Below, piece after piece: positions 36,370 to 49,632 of a DNA stretch of 64,000 bases. The position numbers and the translations under genes were made by a program. The notes below the pieces were generated by a model. The model was given only the letters and a program-made list of their open reading frames with translations, was not told the DNA's origin and made no database searches. The stretch's first letter is position 1. Each line of letters begins with the position of its first letter. Location of the stretch: contig NC_135832.1 of NCBI RefSeq assembly GCF_964213995.1, positions 1,860,001 through 1,924,000 of the forward strand, written 5' to 3'. The DNA comes from Mustelus asterias (lineage: Eukaryota).

Positions 36370-38590
36370 GTTCTGGAATTAAACAAAGGATATTACATTG
36401 GCATGAGGACAGATTTGGCCCGAGTACGGTGGACAGGAAGGCTTAAAGGTTAGTCGGTGAATGAACAATGGCAGTTCCTTAAGGATATACTCAAGCCCTC
36501 ACAACTAAAATATATCCCAGTGAGGAAGAATGATGGTCAGGAGAGTAAAACAAAATCCATGGCGAACAAAGGAAGTCAAGGACAATGTGAAGACAAAAAC
36601 TAACGTATACCATATTTGCACAGTCCAGTGGCAGGCTGAAAGATTGGGAAATGTTTAAACATAAACAAATGAAGACTAAAAAATAGTAATAAAAAGATCG
36701 AAGGAAAATTACAAAATAGATCAGTCGCAAAATATTAAGAAGCAAATGTTTCTGTAGTGAACGTTTGTCCCTTGGAAGATAAAGCCGGAGAGCGAATACT
36801 GGGGAACACTTAAATACAGTAAGAAGTTTAACAACACCAGGTTAAAGTCCAACAGGTTTATTTGGTAGCAAAAGCCACACAAGCTTTCGGAGCTCTAAGC
36901 CCCAACACTTAAATGGCAGAGATGCTAAAACAATTCTTTGTCTCAATTTTTACAGTGGAGGACACCAGTGCCATTCCTACAGGAACAGGCAAGTCAGACG
37001 TGATAGAAAGGGTAGAACTTAGAATAGTCAACATCGAAAGGAAATAGGTACTCTGCAAACTATTGGGAATGAGGGCAGATAAGACGCCCGGGCCTGATGG
37101 CCTCCACAATCGTGTATCAAAATAAGTGGCGGCGGAGATAGTGGATACATTGTTTATAATATTCCAAAATTCCCTGGACACAGGAAAGGCTCCAATGGAT
37201 TGGGAAAATGGTACTGTAATGCCCTGATTTAAAAATGGAGGGAGGCAAAATGTTGCAAATTACAGACCAGATAGTTTATCATCTGTTGTTGGCAAAGTCT
37301 CAGAATCAATGATCAAGGATGAAATATCAGGACATTTCGAAAGTCAAAACACTATCCATCAGACTCAGCGTGGTTTAATGAAAGGCAAATCATGTTTGCC
37401 TAATTTGCGAGAGTTCTTTGAGGATGCAACATGCAAATTGGATAATGGAGATCCTGTCGATGTATTACATCTAGATTTCTGGAAGGCGTCTGAAAAGGTG
37501 CCACACAAAAGGTTCGTTCATATGGGATTAGGGGTAATTATTAGCTTGGATATGTGACTGGCTGATGGGCAGTCGGGAGAAATGTTCTTTTTCTGGATGG
37601 CAAGAAGCAACTAGTGGGGTGCCATAGAGTTTGGCCCTTGGGCCCCAGCTATTTACAATCAGCATTCATGACTTGGATACAGGGATATAAGGCTCTCTTG
37701 CCAAATTTGCAGATGACACAAAAACAGTGAGTTGCACTGAGGAAACAAGCCCCGTACAAATGGATATAGATAAGTTTGGAGATTGGGCCAAAATGTGACA
37801 GATGGAGCTTATCGTGGGTAAGTGTGAGGTGATACATTTGGGACGCAAAGATGGGAAGAGACTTCGGGGTGCTCTGGTGCAGAGGGATCTGCTTGTCCTC
37901 GTTCATGAGTCGCAGAAAACCAGTGTGCAGGTACAGCAGAAAATAAAGAAAGTAAATGGAATGTTGGCATTTATAGCTAAAGGAATAGAATCGAAATGTA
38001 AGGAAGTATTATGGCCATAGTACAAGGCATTGATGAGGCCACATCGGCAGTATTGTGCACAGTTGGGGTCCCTGTATTTGAGGAAAGATGAAATGGCCTT
38101 TGAGGTAGTTCGGAGGAGGTTCACGAGATTCATTCCCGAGATGACAGGTTTTTCTTACAAAGAGAGATTGGAGAGTTTAGGCCTATACTCTATGGAATTG
38201 AGAAGCATAAGGGGAGATCAAATGGAATTGTTCAAGATGATAAAAGGTATGGATAAAGTAGACGTGGAGTGGATGCTTCCACTGGTGGGGCAATGTCGGA
38301 CGAGAGGTCATAGCCTTTGGATAAGGGATAGGAAATTTAAAACAGGGTTGAGGAGAAACTACTTCTCCCAAAGAGTTGTGAATCTGTGGAAATCGCTCCA
38401 AAAAGTGAGGCGGATGCTGGGAAACTAAGTAACGTTAAGGAGGAGTTCGACAGAGTTTTAATTGGCAATTGGTTGCAATGTTATGCAACCATGGGGACGA
38501 GGGTCATATCAGACATGATCGAATGGCGGAGTGGACTAAATGGGCTGGATGGCCTAATTCTGCTCCGAGATCTTATGAACTTTTGAAACA
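36370..38590 (+). mobile_element. Old degenerate CR1 with nested pLTR insert
   Basis: KGKSCLPNL, LDFWKA and KCEVIHLGR remnants. Confidence 0.8.
36816..36903 (-). mobile_element. Penelope pLTR fragment with 11-bp TSD
   Basis: AACACTTAAAT at 36805-36815 and 36904-36914; retains only stem II and the GAAA half of the hammerhead. Confidence 0.85.
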
Positions 38591-38679
38591 TTTCAGTGGT
38601 TATTTCCCCATGTATCTGCAGCCATTGTAAACTTTAATGTGTCCGTCACATGTGCACGAGTACAAGTGTTCTGTATGTG

Positions 38680-38755
38680 CATGCGTGGTGTGTGTCTGTG
38701 TGTGTGTCTTTGTGTGCGTCAGTGTGTGTGTGTTTGTGTGTGAGCGTGCACACAC
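38680..38755. repeat. Imperfect (TG)n microsatellite
   Basis: TG-rich run. Confidence 0.8.
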
Positions 38756-39264
38756 GAGGAAGAGCAGTTGACCACCCTTGCCCAAACGATGTTTTTCAAT
38801 TGAGGCCCGTTCAGAACGAATTATTGTCATCCTTCTGGGGAACCATAAAACTGGTTTCCACACGTTTGAAGGAAGGATCTGACTCACTAATTCGGATCAG
38901 CTCCCTTGAAAACTCAGAATACTGGTTTTGACAGGTGACGCAAAAGTACCGTTTACTTCGATTGGTTGATCCTGACCACCAGTCAAACAGCCCAGTTCTA
39001 TGAAAGTATGGTATGATTGGGTTATTTTATTAACTTTCATTAAATTTAAATGATTAGTATTCATCTCCTCTTGGCTGTAAACTGAAAACCTGATTTGTGG
39101 ATTTTGGAGAACGAATAAACTGGTATGAAACCCATTGAATTGGCTACAAATTTCACTGATTGGTCATATTTTCTGTTTTCGGGCCGGGTGCAGCAGCTGA
39201 CTCTTTACCCAGGGATGCACTTGCTGCAGTAAAAACATCACCAATAAGAAGACGGGACAGAAAC

Positions 39265-39871
39265 ATGGGGTTGGAGTTTAAGAGCCGTGGGGTTATGCTG
39301 CAACTGTACAGGACCTTGGTGAGACCACATTTGGAATATTGTGTGCAGTTCTGGTCACCTCACTATAAGAAAGATGTGGAAGCGCTGGAAAGAGTGCAGA
39401 GGAGATTTACCAGGATGCTGCCTGGTTTGGAGGGTAGGTCCTATGAGGAAACGTTGAGGGAGCTCGGGGCTGTTCTCTCTGGAGCGGAGGAGGCTGAGGG
39501 GAGACTTAATAGAGGTTTATAAAATGATGAAGGGGATAGATAGAGTGAACGTTCAAAGACTATTTCCTCGGGTGGATGGAGCTATACAAGGGGGCATAAC
39601 TATAGGGTTCGTGGTGGGAGATATAGGAAGGATATCAGAGGTAGGTTCTTTACGCTGAGAGTGGTTGGGGTGTGGAATGGACTGCCTGCAGTGATAGTGG
39701 AGTCTGACACTTTAGGAACATTTAAGCGGTTATTGGATAGGCACATGGAGCACACCAGGATGATAGGGAGTGGGATAGCTTGATCTTGGTTTCAGATAAA
39801 GCTCGGCACAACATCGTGGGCCGAAGGCCTGTTCTGTGCTGTACTGTTCTATGATCTATGTTCTATGTTCT
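39265..39871 (+). mobile_element. CR1 3' fragment
   Basis: [23 protein letters not shown]; TTCTATG tail; similar to 62781-63971. Confidence 0.92.
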
Positions 39872-40499
39872 AATGAATAGTCAAAAGAATTCTAAAAGCA
39901 TTCCAAACGGATCCACCGCTAGCGGAGATTAAAATGATACTTTGCATATAACACACCTGATACACTCAACAAAGATCTCAATAGTCATAATCAATGATGT
40001 TTAGGATAATTAAAGTCAACAGGATCTGAAGAGTTCAATTACTTACTCTGGTGAGGGAGGCGGTTGAAAAGTACAAGTGGAAGAACCTTAGAATTATTGC
40101 TAGTCCCTTCTAGAAATCTCTCAAGAATGATGGAGTCTGGAAAATCAATTAATATTTGACTTAAAATTCAATGGAATTGATTGAAGAATGAATGATTAAA
40201 TCGACGTACTTTTTCAGAAATTATGCTGACAACAGTTATACTTCCAATGTTAAAGCTGGTGGGCGGGGGTAGGGGGAGGGGGGGGGGGGGGGGGAGGTCC
40301 TGCCCAGAATATTGGGAATAGTTTCATTTCAGTATGATTAAAAATATTGAACATCCGAATTTCAAACATAATTCCTTGTGAGAATATTTGTGGGTTTCAG
40401 CTCCAGGAAACTTCTCTGGGGATTTAGCACCGAACAACTACCAGCATGAACACTATCAGAACGCACCCTGCTGGTCTCAATTAATTTTGCGTCCTGGTT

Positions 40500-41095
40500 A
40501 TCGGAAACATACAAACAGAGAAGATAAAGGAAGGAGGAGGCCATTTGGCCCTTCGAGCCTGCTGCACAATTCATTGCGATCATGGCTGATCATCCAACTC
40601 AATAGCTTAATCCTGCTTTTTCCCCATAACCGTTGATCCCATTCGACCCAAGTGCTTTATCCAGCCGCCTCTTGAATGCATTCAATCTTTTGGCAACAAC
40701 TACTTCCTGTGGTAATGAATTCCACCGGCTCACCACTCTTCGGGTGACGAAATGTCTCATCACCTACTTCCTAAATTGTCTACCCTGAATCCTCAAGCTG
40801 TGAACCCTACTTCCCCCAAACTAGGGAATAACCTCCCTGCATCAATACTGTCTCGTCTTGTTCGAAGTTTATAAGTATCTGTGAGAACGCCACCTCCCCC
40901 CCCCCCCGCCCAATTCGTCTGAACTCCAGCGAAGACAATCCTAAGACAGTCAATCTCTCTTCATACCATTAGTCCCGTTATCCCCGGAATCAGCCTGGTG
41001 TAATTTCGCTGCACTCCCTACAGAGCAAGAGCATCTCCCTCAGAAAACGAGACCACAACTGCATTCAGTAATCGAGATATGGCCTCACCAATGAC
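40500..41095 (-). mobile_element. Old CR1 3' fragment
   Basis: ggccatttggcccttcgagcctgct 3'UTR signature and RT C-terminal remnants. Confidence 0.7.
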
Positions 41096-41099
41096 AAAT

Positions 41100-41447
41100 T
41101 GGCGGCACGGTAGCACGTTGGTTAGCACTGCTGCTTCACAACTCCAAGGACCTGGGTTCGATTCCCGGCATGGGTCACTGTCTGTGTGGAGTTTGCACAT
41201 TCTCCTCGTGTCTGCGTGGGTTTCATCCGGGTGCTCCGGTTTCATCCCACAGTCCAAAGATGTGCGGGTTAGGTTGATTGGCCATGCTAAAATTGCCCCT
41301 TAGTGTCCTGGGATGCGTAGAATATAGGGATTAGCGGGTTATATATGTAGGGATATGGGGGTAGGGGCTGGGTGGGGTTCTAGTCGCTGCAGACTCGATG
41401 GGCCGAATGGCCTATTTCTGTACTGCAGGGTTTCTATGATTTCTATG
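41100..41447 (+). mobile_element. HE1-type V-SINE, full length
   Basis: ggcggcacggtagcac..gttagcactgctgc, gggttcgattccc, V core, tttctatga tail. Confidence 0.9.
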
Positions 41448-42897
41448 AAATTAACAGAATTCTCATATCTCTGACAGTGGTATAACGACATCCTTCCTTT
41501 AGCCAGAGGTAACATCACACGCACTGAGAGGAACATACTCAGTCAGCTATTTTAGAAGCCTAATTAAAGGGAATATAGATCACGCTCCATCATTTATGAT
41601 TTTGAACATCTGTATGAAGGGTGGATGCATTTTCCCTGTTCTCCTTCCTGAGATCGGCAGTCCTTCATTTGAACTTCATGACTTGCAGGTCGATTATCAG
41701 CCTGGCATTATGAAAATGCTGAATTTATTCATGGTGATCATTCATAATTTCACACTCTGAATTAATCTTGAATGTACTCCAGATGCAATTTGAGTGCTGG
41801 ATGCAAAAGTGCTGGGCAATTCCTCATCGTTTCTGCTTGCCATTAATCTTGCCCAATCTATGTTACAACTATCAGAGTCTGGGCTTGCTACACGTTTTTA
41901 ATAGTTACATGAAGAAGTGCGTTCCCTGGTTTGGATGCATGACCCACAGCCAAGCACCATGTGCAGTCCAGACAGCACGAAATCCATATGCTCGTCATGC
42001 ACCATCCTAATTCTCTCTTCTTCTTTCGAGTAACTCCTTCTATATTTTGATTTTTTTTAATGGGTGATGGCTTGAAAACCTGCCTTCTAAAACATGATTG
42101 GTTCTGGTGACGAGTAATGCATGACGAAAAATGTCGCCCTCAGCAATAAGATGAATACACGGAGATCTTGTTCTGCTTCTTTGCACTTCATATGTGGTGT
42201 CTTAATTGTGCAAACCATTTGTTCAGCAAAGCAGTAAGATCTGGAGTCGTTTGGCAATGCTGTCATGAGCACGTGCTTCATTTGATTCACATGTTGCTGA
42301 ATGTATCGATGTCGGTTTTGGCTCTCTGTCCAATATATTTGCTTAAAGTTTACCAAATGGTGTAAGCATTTTGCTCACCATGTTAGACACGGTGGCAGTC
42401 GAGATGCACTGCAATCATCTGATGAATTGAGACTTTGTGAACTATTCAGTTACTGGGAGAAAAATGACACCATAAGCAGTTAATAAATCGCCAATTTCAA
42501 TCAGCGTGTGAGGAAACCTATTAAGATTACCGTGGTTATTTTTGTTGGCATTGGACTGGGGTGACAAGATGAGACGTCACACAAAACCACGCTATAGTCC
42601 AACAAAAATATTGCAAAACTCAAGCTTTTGGAGTGCTTCTCGTTTGTCAGGTGAAGTGCAAAAAGGTGTGCAGGCGCAAAATATATATGTGCAGTGATGA
42701 CAGCCTGAAACTTACAACTGATCAAGAGTATCAGCAGATAAGTCCAGAGAGTGTAGTACAGTGCAGGCCGGCAGAGAAACAAGTCTTTCCTTCTAATCCC
42801 GAGTGCTAATGGATGAGTGCAAGCAGTTATGTAAAATCGGGATGTATGGAGTGTCGACAGGCTGTACAACACGTGAAGGGGTGACCTCAGAATTTAA

Positions 42898-43671
42898 GAT
42901 GTGGAGATGCCGGCTTTGGAGTGGGGTGAGCACAGTAAGAAGTCTCACAACACGAGGTTAACGTCCAACAGGTTTATTTGGTAGCACAAGCTTTCGGAGT
43001 CTCAAACTCCTTCATCAGGCGAGTGAGGACTTGTGTTCGCAAGCAGGGCATAAAAAGACACAAATTCAATTCATAAGATAATTGTTGGAATGCGAGTCTT
43101 TACAGTTCATCAAGTCTTAAAGGTACAGACAATGTGAGTGGGGAGAGGGCCAAGCACAGGTTAAAGAGATGAGTATTGTCTCCAGCCAGGACAGGGCGTG
43201 AGATTTTGCAAGCTAAGGCAAGTCGTGGGGATGACAGATTTTGTGACATGAACCCAAGATCCCGGTTGAGGCCGTCCACATGTGTGCGGAACGTGGCAAT
43301 CAGTTTCTGCTCAGCGATTCTGCGTTGTCGTGTGTCGTGAAGGCCGCCTTGAAGAACGCTTACCGAAAGATCAAAGGATGAATGCCCGTGACTGTTGAAG
43401 TGTTCCCCGACTGGAAGGGAACACTCCTGCCTGGTGATTGTCGAGCCGTGTTCATTCATTCGTTGTCGTAGCGTCTGCATGATCTCCCCAATGTACCATG
43501 CCTCTGGACATCCTTTCCTGCAGCCGAGTTGGCCGAGTCGCCAGAGTATGTACCGTTGACCTGGCAGATGGTGTTCCCACGTGAGATGATGGCATCCGTG
43601 TCGAAGATCCGGCACGTCTTGCAGAGGTTGCTGTGGCAGGGTTGTGTGGTGTCGTGGTCAATGTTCTCCTG
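42898..43671 (-). mobile_element. 5'-truncated Penelope-like element (GIY-YIG C-terminus plus complete pLTR end)
   Basis: CRKGCPEAWYIGE..RMNEH..VGEHFNSHGH..EQKLI..GLNRDLGF; 3' end ctccacatc. Confidence 0.92.
42985..43022 (-). ncRNA. Minimal type I hammerhead ribozyme motif
   Basis: Minus strand cgc CUGAUGA a ggagu-uugag-acucc GAAA GCUU gug. Confidence 0.78.
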
Positions 43672-43694
43672 CTTTTTACATTAAATTGGGGATA

Positions 43695-46600
43695 GTGCAC
43701 TTTTGGATGCTGTTGGGGGGGGCGACATAGCAGGGGTAAGCCATGGTGTACAGGTCACTGGCTCAGAGTCTGTCCTTGTTGCTCAGAAGGGACGGGTGAT
43801 GAGGAGTAGAGGATTAGTCATTGAGGACTCCATAGTTAAAGGGACGGATAGGAGATTCTGCGGGAGCGAGAGAGACTCGTGGTTGGTGTGTTGCCTCCCA
43901 GGAGCCAGAGTCCATGATGGCTCGGATCGTCTTTTCGAAATCCTTAAGGGGGAGGGGGATCAGCCCCAAGCTGTGGTTCTCATAGCTACTCAAGACACAG
44001 GTAGGAAAAGGGATGGGGATGAAACGCAGAAATTCAGGGAGTTAGGGTGGAAGCTTCGGGCTAGAACAAACAAAGTTGTTATCTCTGGTGTTACCCGTGC
44101 CACGTGATAGTGAGGAGAGGAATAGGGAGAGAGAGCAGTTGAACCCGTGGTTACAGGAATGGTGCAGGAGGGAGGGTTTCAGATACCTGGACAATTTGGG
44201 CTCTTTCTGGGGTAGGTGGGACCTCTACAAACAGGATGGTCTGCACCTGAAGCAAAGAGGTACCAATATCGTGGGGGCGGGGGGCGGGGGGGGTGGAATT
44301 TGCGAATGCTCTTCGGGAGGGTTTAAACTAATTCAGCAGGGGGATGGGTACCTGAATTGTAGCTCCGGTGTACAGGAGGTTGAGAGTAGTGTGGTCATGG
44401 ATGAGGTTTCAGGGTCACAGGAGTGTGCTGGCAGGCAGTAAGGTGGTTTGAAGTGTGTATACTTCAACACCAGGAGCATCCGGAATAAGGTGGGTGAGCT
44501 TGCAGCATGGGTTGGTCCCTGGGATTTCGATGTTGTGGCCATCTCAGAGACATGGATAGAGCAGGGACAGGAATGGTTGTTGCAGGTTTCAGGGTTTAGA
44601 TGTTTCAGTAAGTGCAGGGAAGATGGTAAAAGAGGGGGAGGTGTGGCATTGTTAGTCAAGGACAGTATTACGGTGGCAGAAAGAACGTTTGATGAGGACT
44701 CGTGTACTGAGATAGTTTGGGCTGAGGTTAGAAACAGGAAAGGAGATGTCACACTTTTGGGAATGTTCTATAGACCTCCGAAAAGTTCCAGAGATAGAGA
44801 GGAAAGGATTGTAAAGATGATTCTGGATAGGAGCGAAAATAACAGGGTCGCTGTTCTGGGGGACTTTAACTTTACAAATATTGACTGGAAAAGCTATAGT
44901 TCGAGTACTTTAGAGGGGCCAGTTTTTGTCCAATGTGTGCAGGAAGGCTTCCTGACACAATATGTCGATAGACCAACAAGAGGCGAGGCCACAGTGGATT
45001 TGGGACTGGGTAATGAACCAGGCCAGGTGTTACATTTGGAGGTAGGTGAGCACGTTGGTGATAGTGACCACAATTCGATTATGTTCACCTCAGCAATGGA
45101 AAGGGATATGTATACACAGAAGGGCAAGAGTTACAGCTGGGGGAAAGGAAATTATGATGCGATTAGGCGAGATTTAGTTGGCATAGGTTGGGGAAGGAAA
45201 CTGCAGGACATGGTCACAATTGTAATGTGGAGCTTGTTCAAGGAACAGCTCCAATGCGTCCTCGAAAAATATGTACCTGTCAGGCAGGGAGGAAGCGGTT
45301 GTGTGAGGGAACCGTGGTTTACTAAAGAGGTTGAATATCTTGTCAAGAGGAATAAGGAGACTTATGTTAAGTTGAGACGTGAAGGCTCAGTTACGGCGTT
45401 TGAGAGTTACAAGTCAGCCATGAAGGACCAAAGGAAAGAGTTAAGAAGAGCCAGGAGGGGACACGATAAGTCTTTGGCAGGTCGGATGAAACAAAACCCT
45501 GACGCTTTCTATAGGTATGTCAGGAGTAAAAGAATGACTAGGGTAAGATTAGGGCCAGTCAAGGACAGTAGTAGGAAGTAGTGCGTGGAGTCTCAAGAGA
45601 TAGGAGGGGCACTAAATGAATATTTTTCGTCGGTATTCACACAGGAGAGGGGCAGTGTTGTCGAGGGGAGGACTGAGATTCAGGCTGTTGGACTGGACGT
45701 TCAAAAGGAGGAGGTGTTACCAATTCTGGAAAGGGTAAGATAGATAAGTCCGCTGAACCGGATGAGATTTATCCTCGGATTCTGTGGGAGGCGAGATAAG
45801 AGATTGCAGAGCATTTGGCTTTGATCTTTGTGTCATCATTGTTTACAGGAACAGGGCCAGAAGACTGAAGGATAGCAAATGTTGTCCCCTTGTTCAAGAA
45901 GGGGAGGAGGGTCAACCCTGGTTATTATAGACCGGTGAGCCTTACTTCTGTTGTGGGCAAACTGTTGGAAAGTATTAGAAGTGATAGGATTTATAGGAAT
46001 CTCGAAAGGAATCATTTGATTCGGGATAGTCAGCACGGTTTTGTGTAGGGTAGGCCGTGCTTCACAAACTGTATTGAGTTCATTGAGAAGGTCACCAAAG
46101 AGGTGGATGAGGGTAAACCGGTTGATGTTGTTTTTATGGATTTCAGCAAAGCGTTTGATAAGTTTCCCCATGGTAAGCGACTGCAGGAAATACGGACACA
46201 TGGGATTGAGGTGATTTAGTGGCTTGGATCAGGTATTGGCTCGCGGTAAGAAAACAGAGGGTGCTGGTTGATGGGAAATATTCATCCTGGCGTTCAGTTC
46301 CCAGTGGTGTACCGCAAGGATCTGTTTTGGGGACACTGCTGTTTGTCATTTTTATAAATGACCTGGATGAGGGCGTAGAAGGATGGATTAGTAAATTTGC
46401 GGATGACACTAAAGTCGGTGGAGTTGTAGAAAGTGCGGAGGGAAGTGGCAGGTTACAGAGAGACATAGATAAGCTGCAGAGCTGGGCTGAGAGGTGGCAA
46501 ATGGAGATTAATGCGGAAAACTGTGAGATAATTCACTTTGGAAGGAGTAACATGAATACAGAGTGCTGGGATCATGGTAAGTTACTTGGTCGTGTGGATG

Positions 46601-47296
46601 AACAGAGGGGTCAGGGTGTCCACGTGCATAGTTCCCTGAAAGTTGGCACCCAGGTTTATAGGGATGTTAAGAAGGCATATGCTGTGTTAGCTTTTATTGG
46701 TAGAGGGAGTGACTTGCGGAGTCTTGAAGTCATGCTGCAACTGTGCACAACTCTGGTGCGGCCGCACTTGGAGTATTTCGTACAGTTCTGATCGCCGCAT
46801 TATAGGAAAGATGTGAAAGCGTTGGAAAGGATGTAGAGGAGATTTACCAGGATGTTGCCTCGTAAGGTGGGAAGATCGTATGAGGAAAGGCTGAGGGACT
46901 TGAGTTTGTTTTCGTTAGAGGGAAGAAGGTGAAGAGGTGACTGAATAGAAACATACAAGATGATCAGATGATTCGATCGGGTGGATAGTGAGAGCCTTTT
47001 TCCTCGGATGGTGATGGCTAACACGAGGGGACATAGCTTTAAATTGAAGGGCGAGAGAGAAAGGACAGATGTTAGAGGTAGGTTCTTTACTCGGAGATGA
47101 GTGAGGGCGTGGAATGCCCTGCCTGCTGCAGTAGTGGACTCGTCAAAATTAAAAGCATTCAAATGGTTATTGGAGAAACAAATGGATGATATTGGAATAG
47201 TGTAGATTAGAAGGCCTTTAGATTGGTTTCACTGGTCGGCTCAACATCGAGGGCCGAAGGGCCTGTACTGCGCTGTAATGTTCTATGTTATATGTT
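43695..47296 (+). mobile_element. Nearly full-length degenerate CR1 (esterase ORF1 remnant plus EN-RT ORF2 with stops and frameshifts)
   Basis: EDSIV..CLPGA..DGLHL; ISETW, GDFN, SDH, FADD; tail at about 47280. Confidence 0.93.
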
Positions 47297-47299
47297 GAG

Positions 47300-48860
47300 A
47301 AAAAAATGGGGGAATAATTGGAGGCATTGAAAAACGTTAAGATGTACAAGTCTCCATGGCCAGATAGGGTCTATCCCAGATTGCTCAGAGAGGTGAGGGG
47401 AGAAATTGCTGAGTCCTTGGCCAAAATCTTTGCACCCTCTTTAGCCATGGGCAAGTTAGCAGAGGATGGGAGAGCATCTGACATTATTCCTCTGTTTAAG
47501 AAGGGCAGAAAAGACAATCCTGGAAATTACAGGTCTGTGAGCCTTGCATCTGTTGTGGGGAAATTATTGAACATGATGCTCTTACATCTGGAAGAGAAAA
47601 AGCTTATTAGCGATAGGCAGCATGGTTTTGTGACGGAGAGGCTGTTCTCACATACTTGATTGAGTTATTTGAGGAAGTGACAAATATATTGACCAGAGCA
47701 GGACAGTAGATTTTCTGTACATGGTCGTTAGTAAAGCCTTCAATAAGTTCTTCAAGGCTGGCTGATACAGAAAGTGAAGGCATATGGGATCTGAGGCGAG
47801 CTGGTAGGATGGATACAAAACTGATTTGGTCAAAGAAAGCAGAGGGGAGCGGTGGAAGGGTACTTTCCTGTCTATGACACGCATTGTTCCACAAGGATCG
47901 GTGCTGCGGATTCCGATGTTTGTAATATATATAAATGATTTGGAGGAAAGTATAGGCGGTCTGAGTAGGAAATTTGCAGATGATCGAAAAAATGGGGAAG
48001 TAGCATACAGTGAGGAAGATTATCAGACGCTACAACAAGATAGAAATCAGCTGGAGACCTGTGCCAAAAGCTGGCAGTATAAATTTAATCCGAACAAATG
48101 TGAGGTGATGTGATTTGGATGGTCGACTGCAGAAATAATGTCCACACGTGATAACTTATGTGGGACAAGGTGGTGAAGAAGGCATGTGGCATGCTGGCCT
48201 TAATCAGTCGGGATGTTCAGTTTAGGATTTGGAAAATTATTTTGCAGCTGGACAAGGCTTTGGTTAGGCCATATTAGGAGTATTGTGTCCAATCCTGGTC
48301 GCCGCGCTACCGGAAGAATGCTGATGCATTTGATAGGGTGCACAAGAGATTTACCAGGATGTTACGTGATTTCGAGGACGATGCTTGATATCAAGGATAT
48401 GGGCTCTGAAGAAAGATTGAACAAACTTGGATTGTTTTCATTGGAGCATCGGAGGATTGGCGGGAGAACATAATCATAGAAATCATAGATGTTCACAAAT
48501 TATGACAAGTTGGATCGAGTGTCTTTTATAAGTCAGTGTATTTTGTTTCCCAGGGTCGAAGGTTCAATTACTCGGAGGCATAGGTTCAAAGTGAAAGGGG
48601 ATGCGTTTAAAAGAGATCTAAGGAACAAGTTTTTTTTTGTCATACAGAGGGTGGTGACTTCCTCGATGTGCTGTAAGAGGATGTGGTGGAAGTAGATTCC
48701 ACAGCAACGTTCAAGAGGCATCTGGTTAGATACATGGATTGGCAGGGAATAGAGGGATATGAACCATATAGAGACAAGATACATGAGATAAGGGAGGTAT
48801 CTGTGCCAGCACTGACTTGGTGGGCCGAATGGTTTTATTTCTGTGTTGTATGATTCTTTG
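47300..48860 (+). mobile_element. Old degenerate CR1
   Basis: PGNYRSVSL, QHGF, PQGSVL, KFADD. Confidence 0.8.
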
Positions 48861-48979
48861 TCAGTTGTCCATCCCAGAACGAGAAGCTAGTACCAACAAT
48901 TTTTCGATTGTGAAACAGGAATGGAAAGTTTGGAGCCGTCTCCCAGTCTGCACAACAGCGGTGCGACGCGTTTCATCAT

Positions 48980-49632
48980 TATCAGGGGAAATTGAATAAT
49001 TTTGGGATTGATACAGGGCTCTGGTGAGAGAGACGAGCAGTGAGATTAGTTCGGGCGTTGGTGCAGGGCTATTGGGGAAAGTAGGCCATTGGGACTTGTT
49101 TGCCATTTATTCAGGGCGACGGCGAGTGTCTGGGACACTGGGACTATTTTGGGATTAATACTGATTCATGGGGGTTGGGGGGAAATGGCTCTGTGGGATT
49201 ATTTTATGGATTAATGCGGGGCTTTTCGGGCGAGCGGGGAGTTGGATTAATTTGGGGATTTATACGGATTTTTGTGTGGAGAGGGCGTACTGAAATGGTT
49301 TGAGGATAGACAAATGGCCTTGGGGAGACAGAGTGGAATTATGTTTAATTTCGGTACTGATTCAGGACTATGGCAAGAGACCTGGGAAGATGAAATTGTT
49401 TGGGGATTGATGCAGGGCATTGGGAGTGAGTGAATTATTTTGGGTATTGATACCACACTATGTGGAAAGAGTGTTGCAGGAGGGATCGTTTTAGCATTTG
49501 TACTGGGCTTTGTAGAGAGAGTGGTGCAATAATATTCGTTCGATATTGATACAAGGCTGTGTGGAGATAGAGGGCAGCAGGATTAGTTTGACGATTGATA
49601 CCTGACTGTGGGGAGAGATCGCAGTTGTAGGA
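48980..49632. repeat. Degenerate ~45-bp tandem minisatellite (ggattagtttggggattgatacagggc...ggagag), resuming at about 50870-51100
   Basis: Recurrent gattgatacaggg and ttagtttgggga motifs. Confidence 0.65.

Noticed and set aside
41100-41175. tRNA-like A/B boxes
   Set aside because: Head of an HE1-type SINE, not a tRNA gene
48980-49632. Repeat array superficially like a CRISPR
   Set aside because: Eukaryotic context, degenerate tandem units, no unique spacers or cas genes
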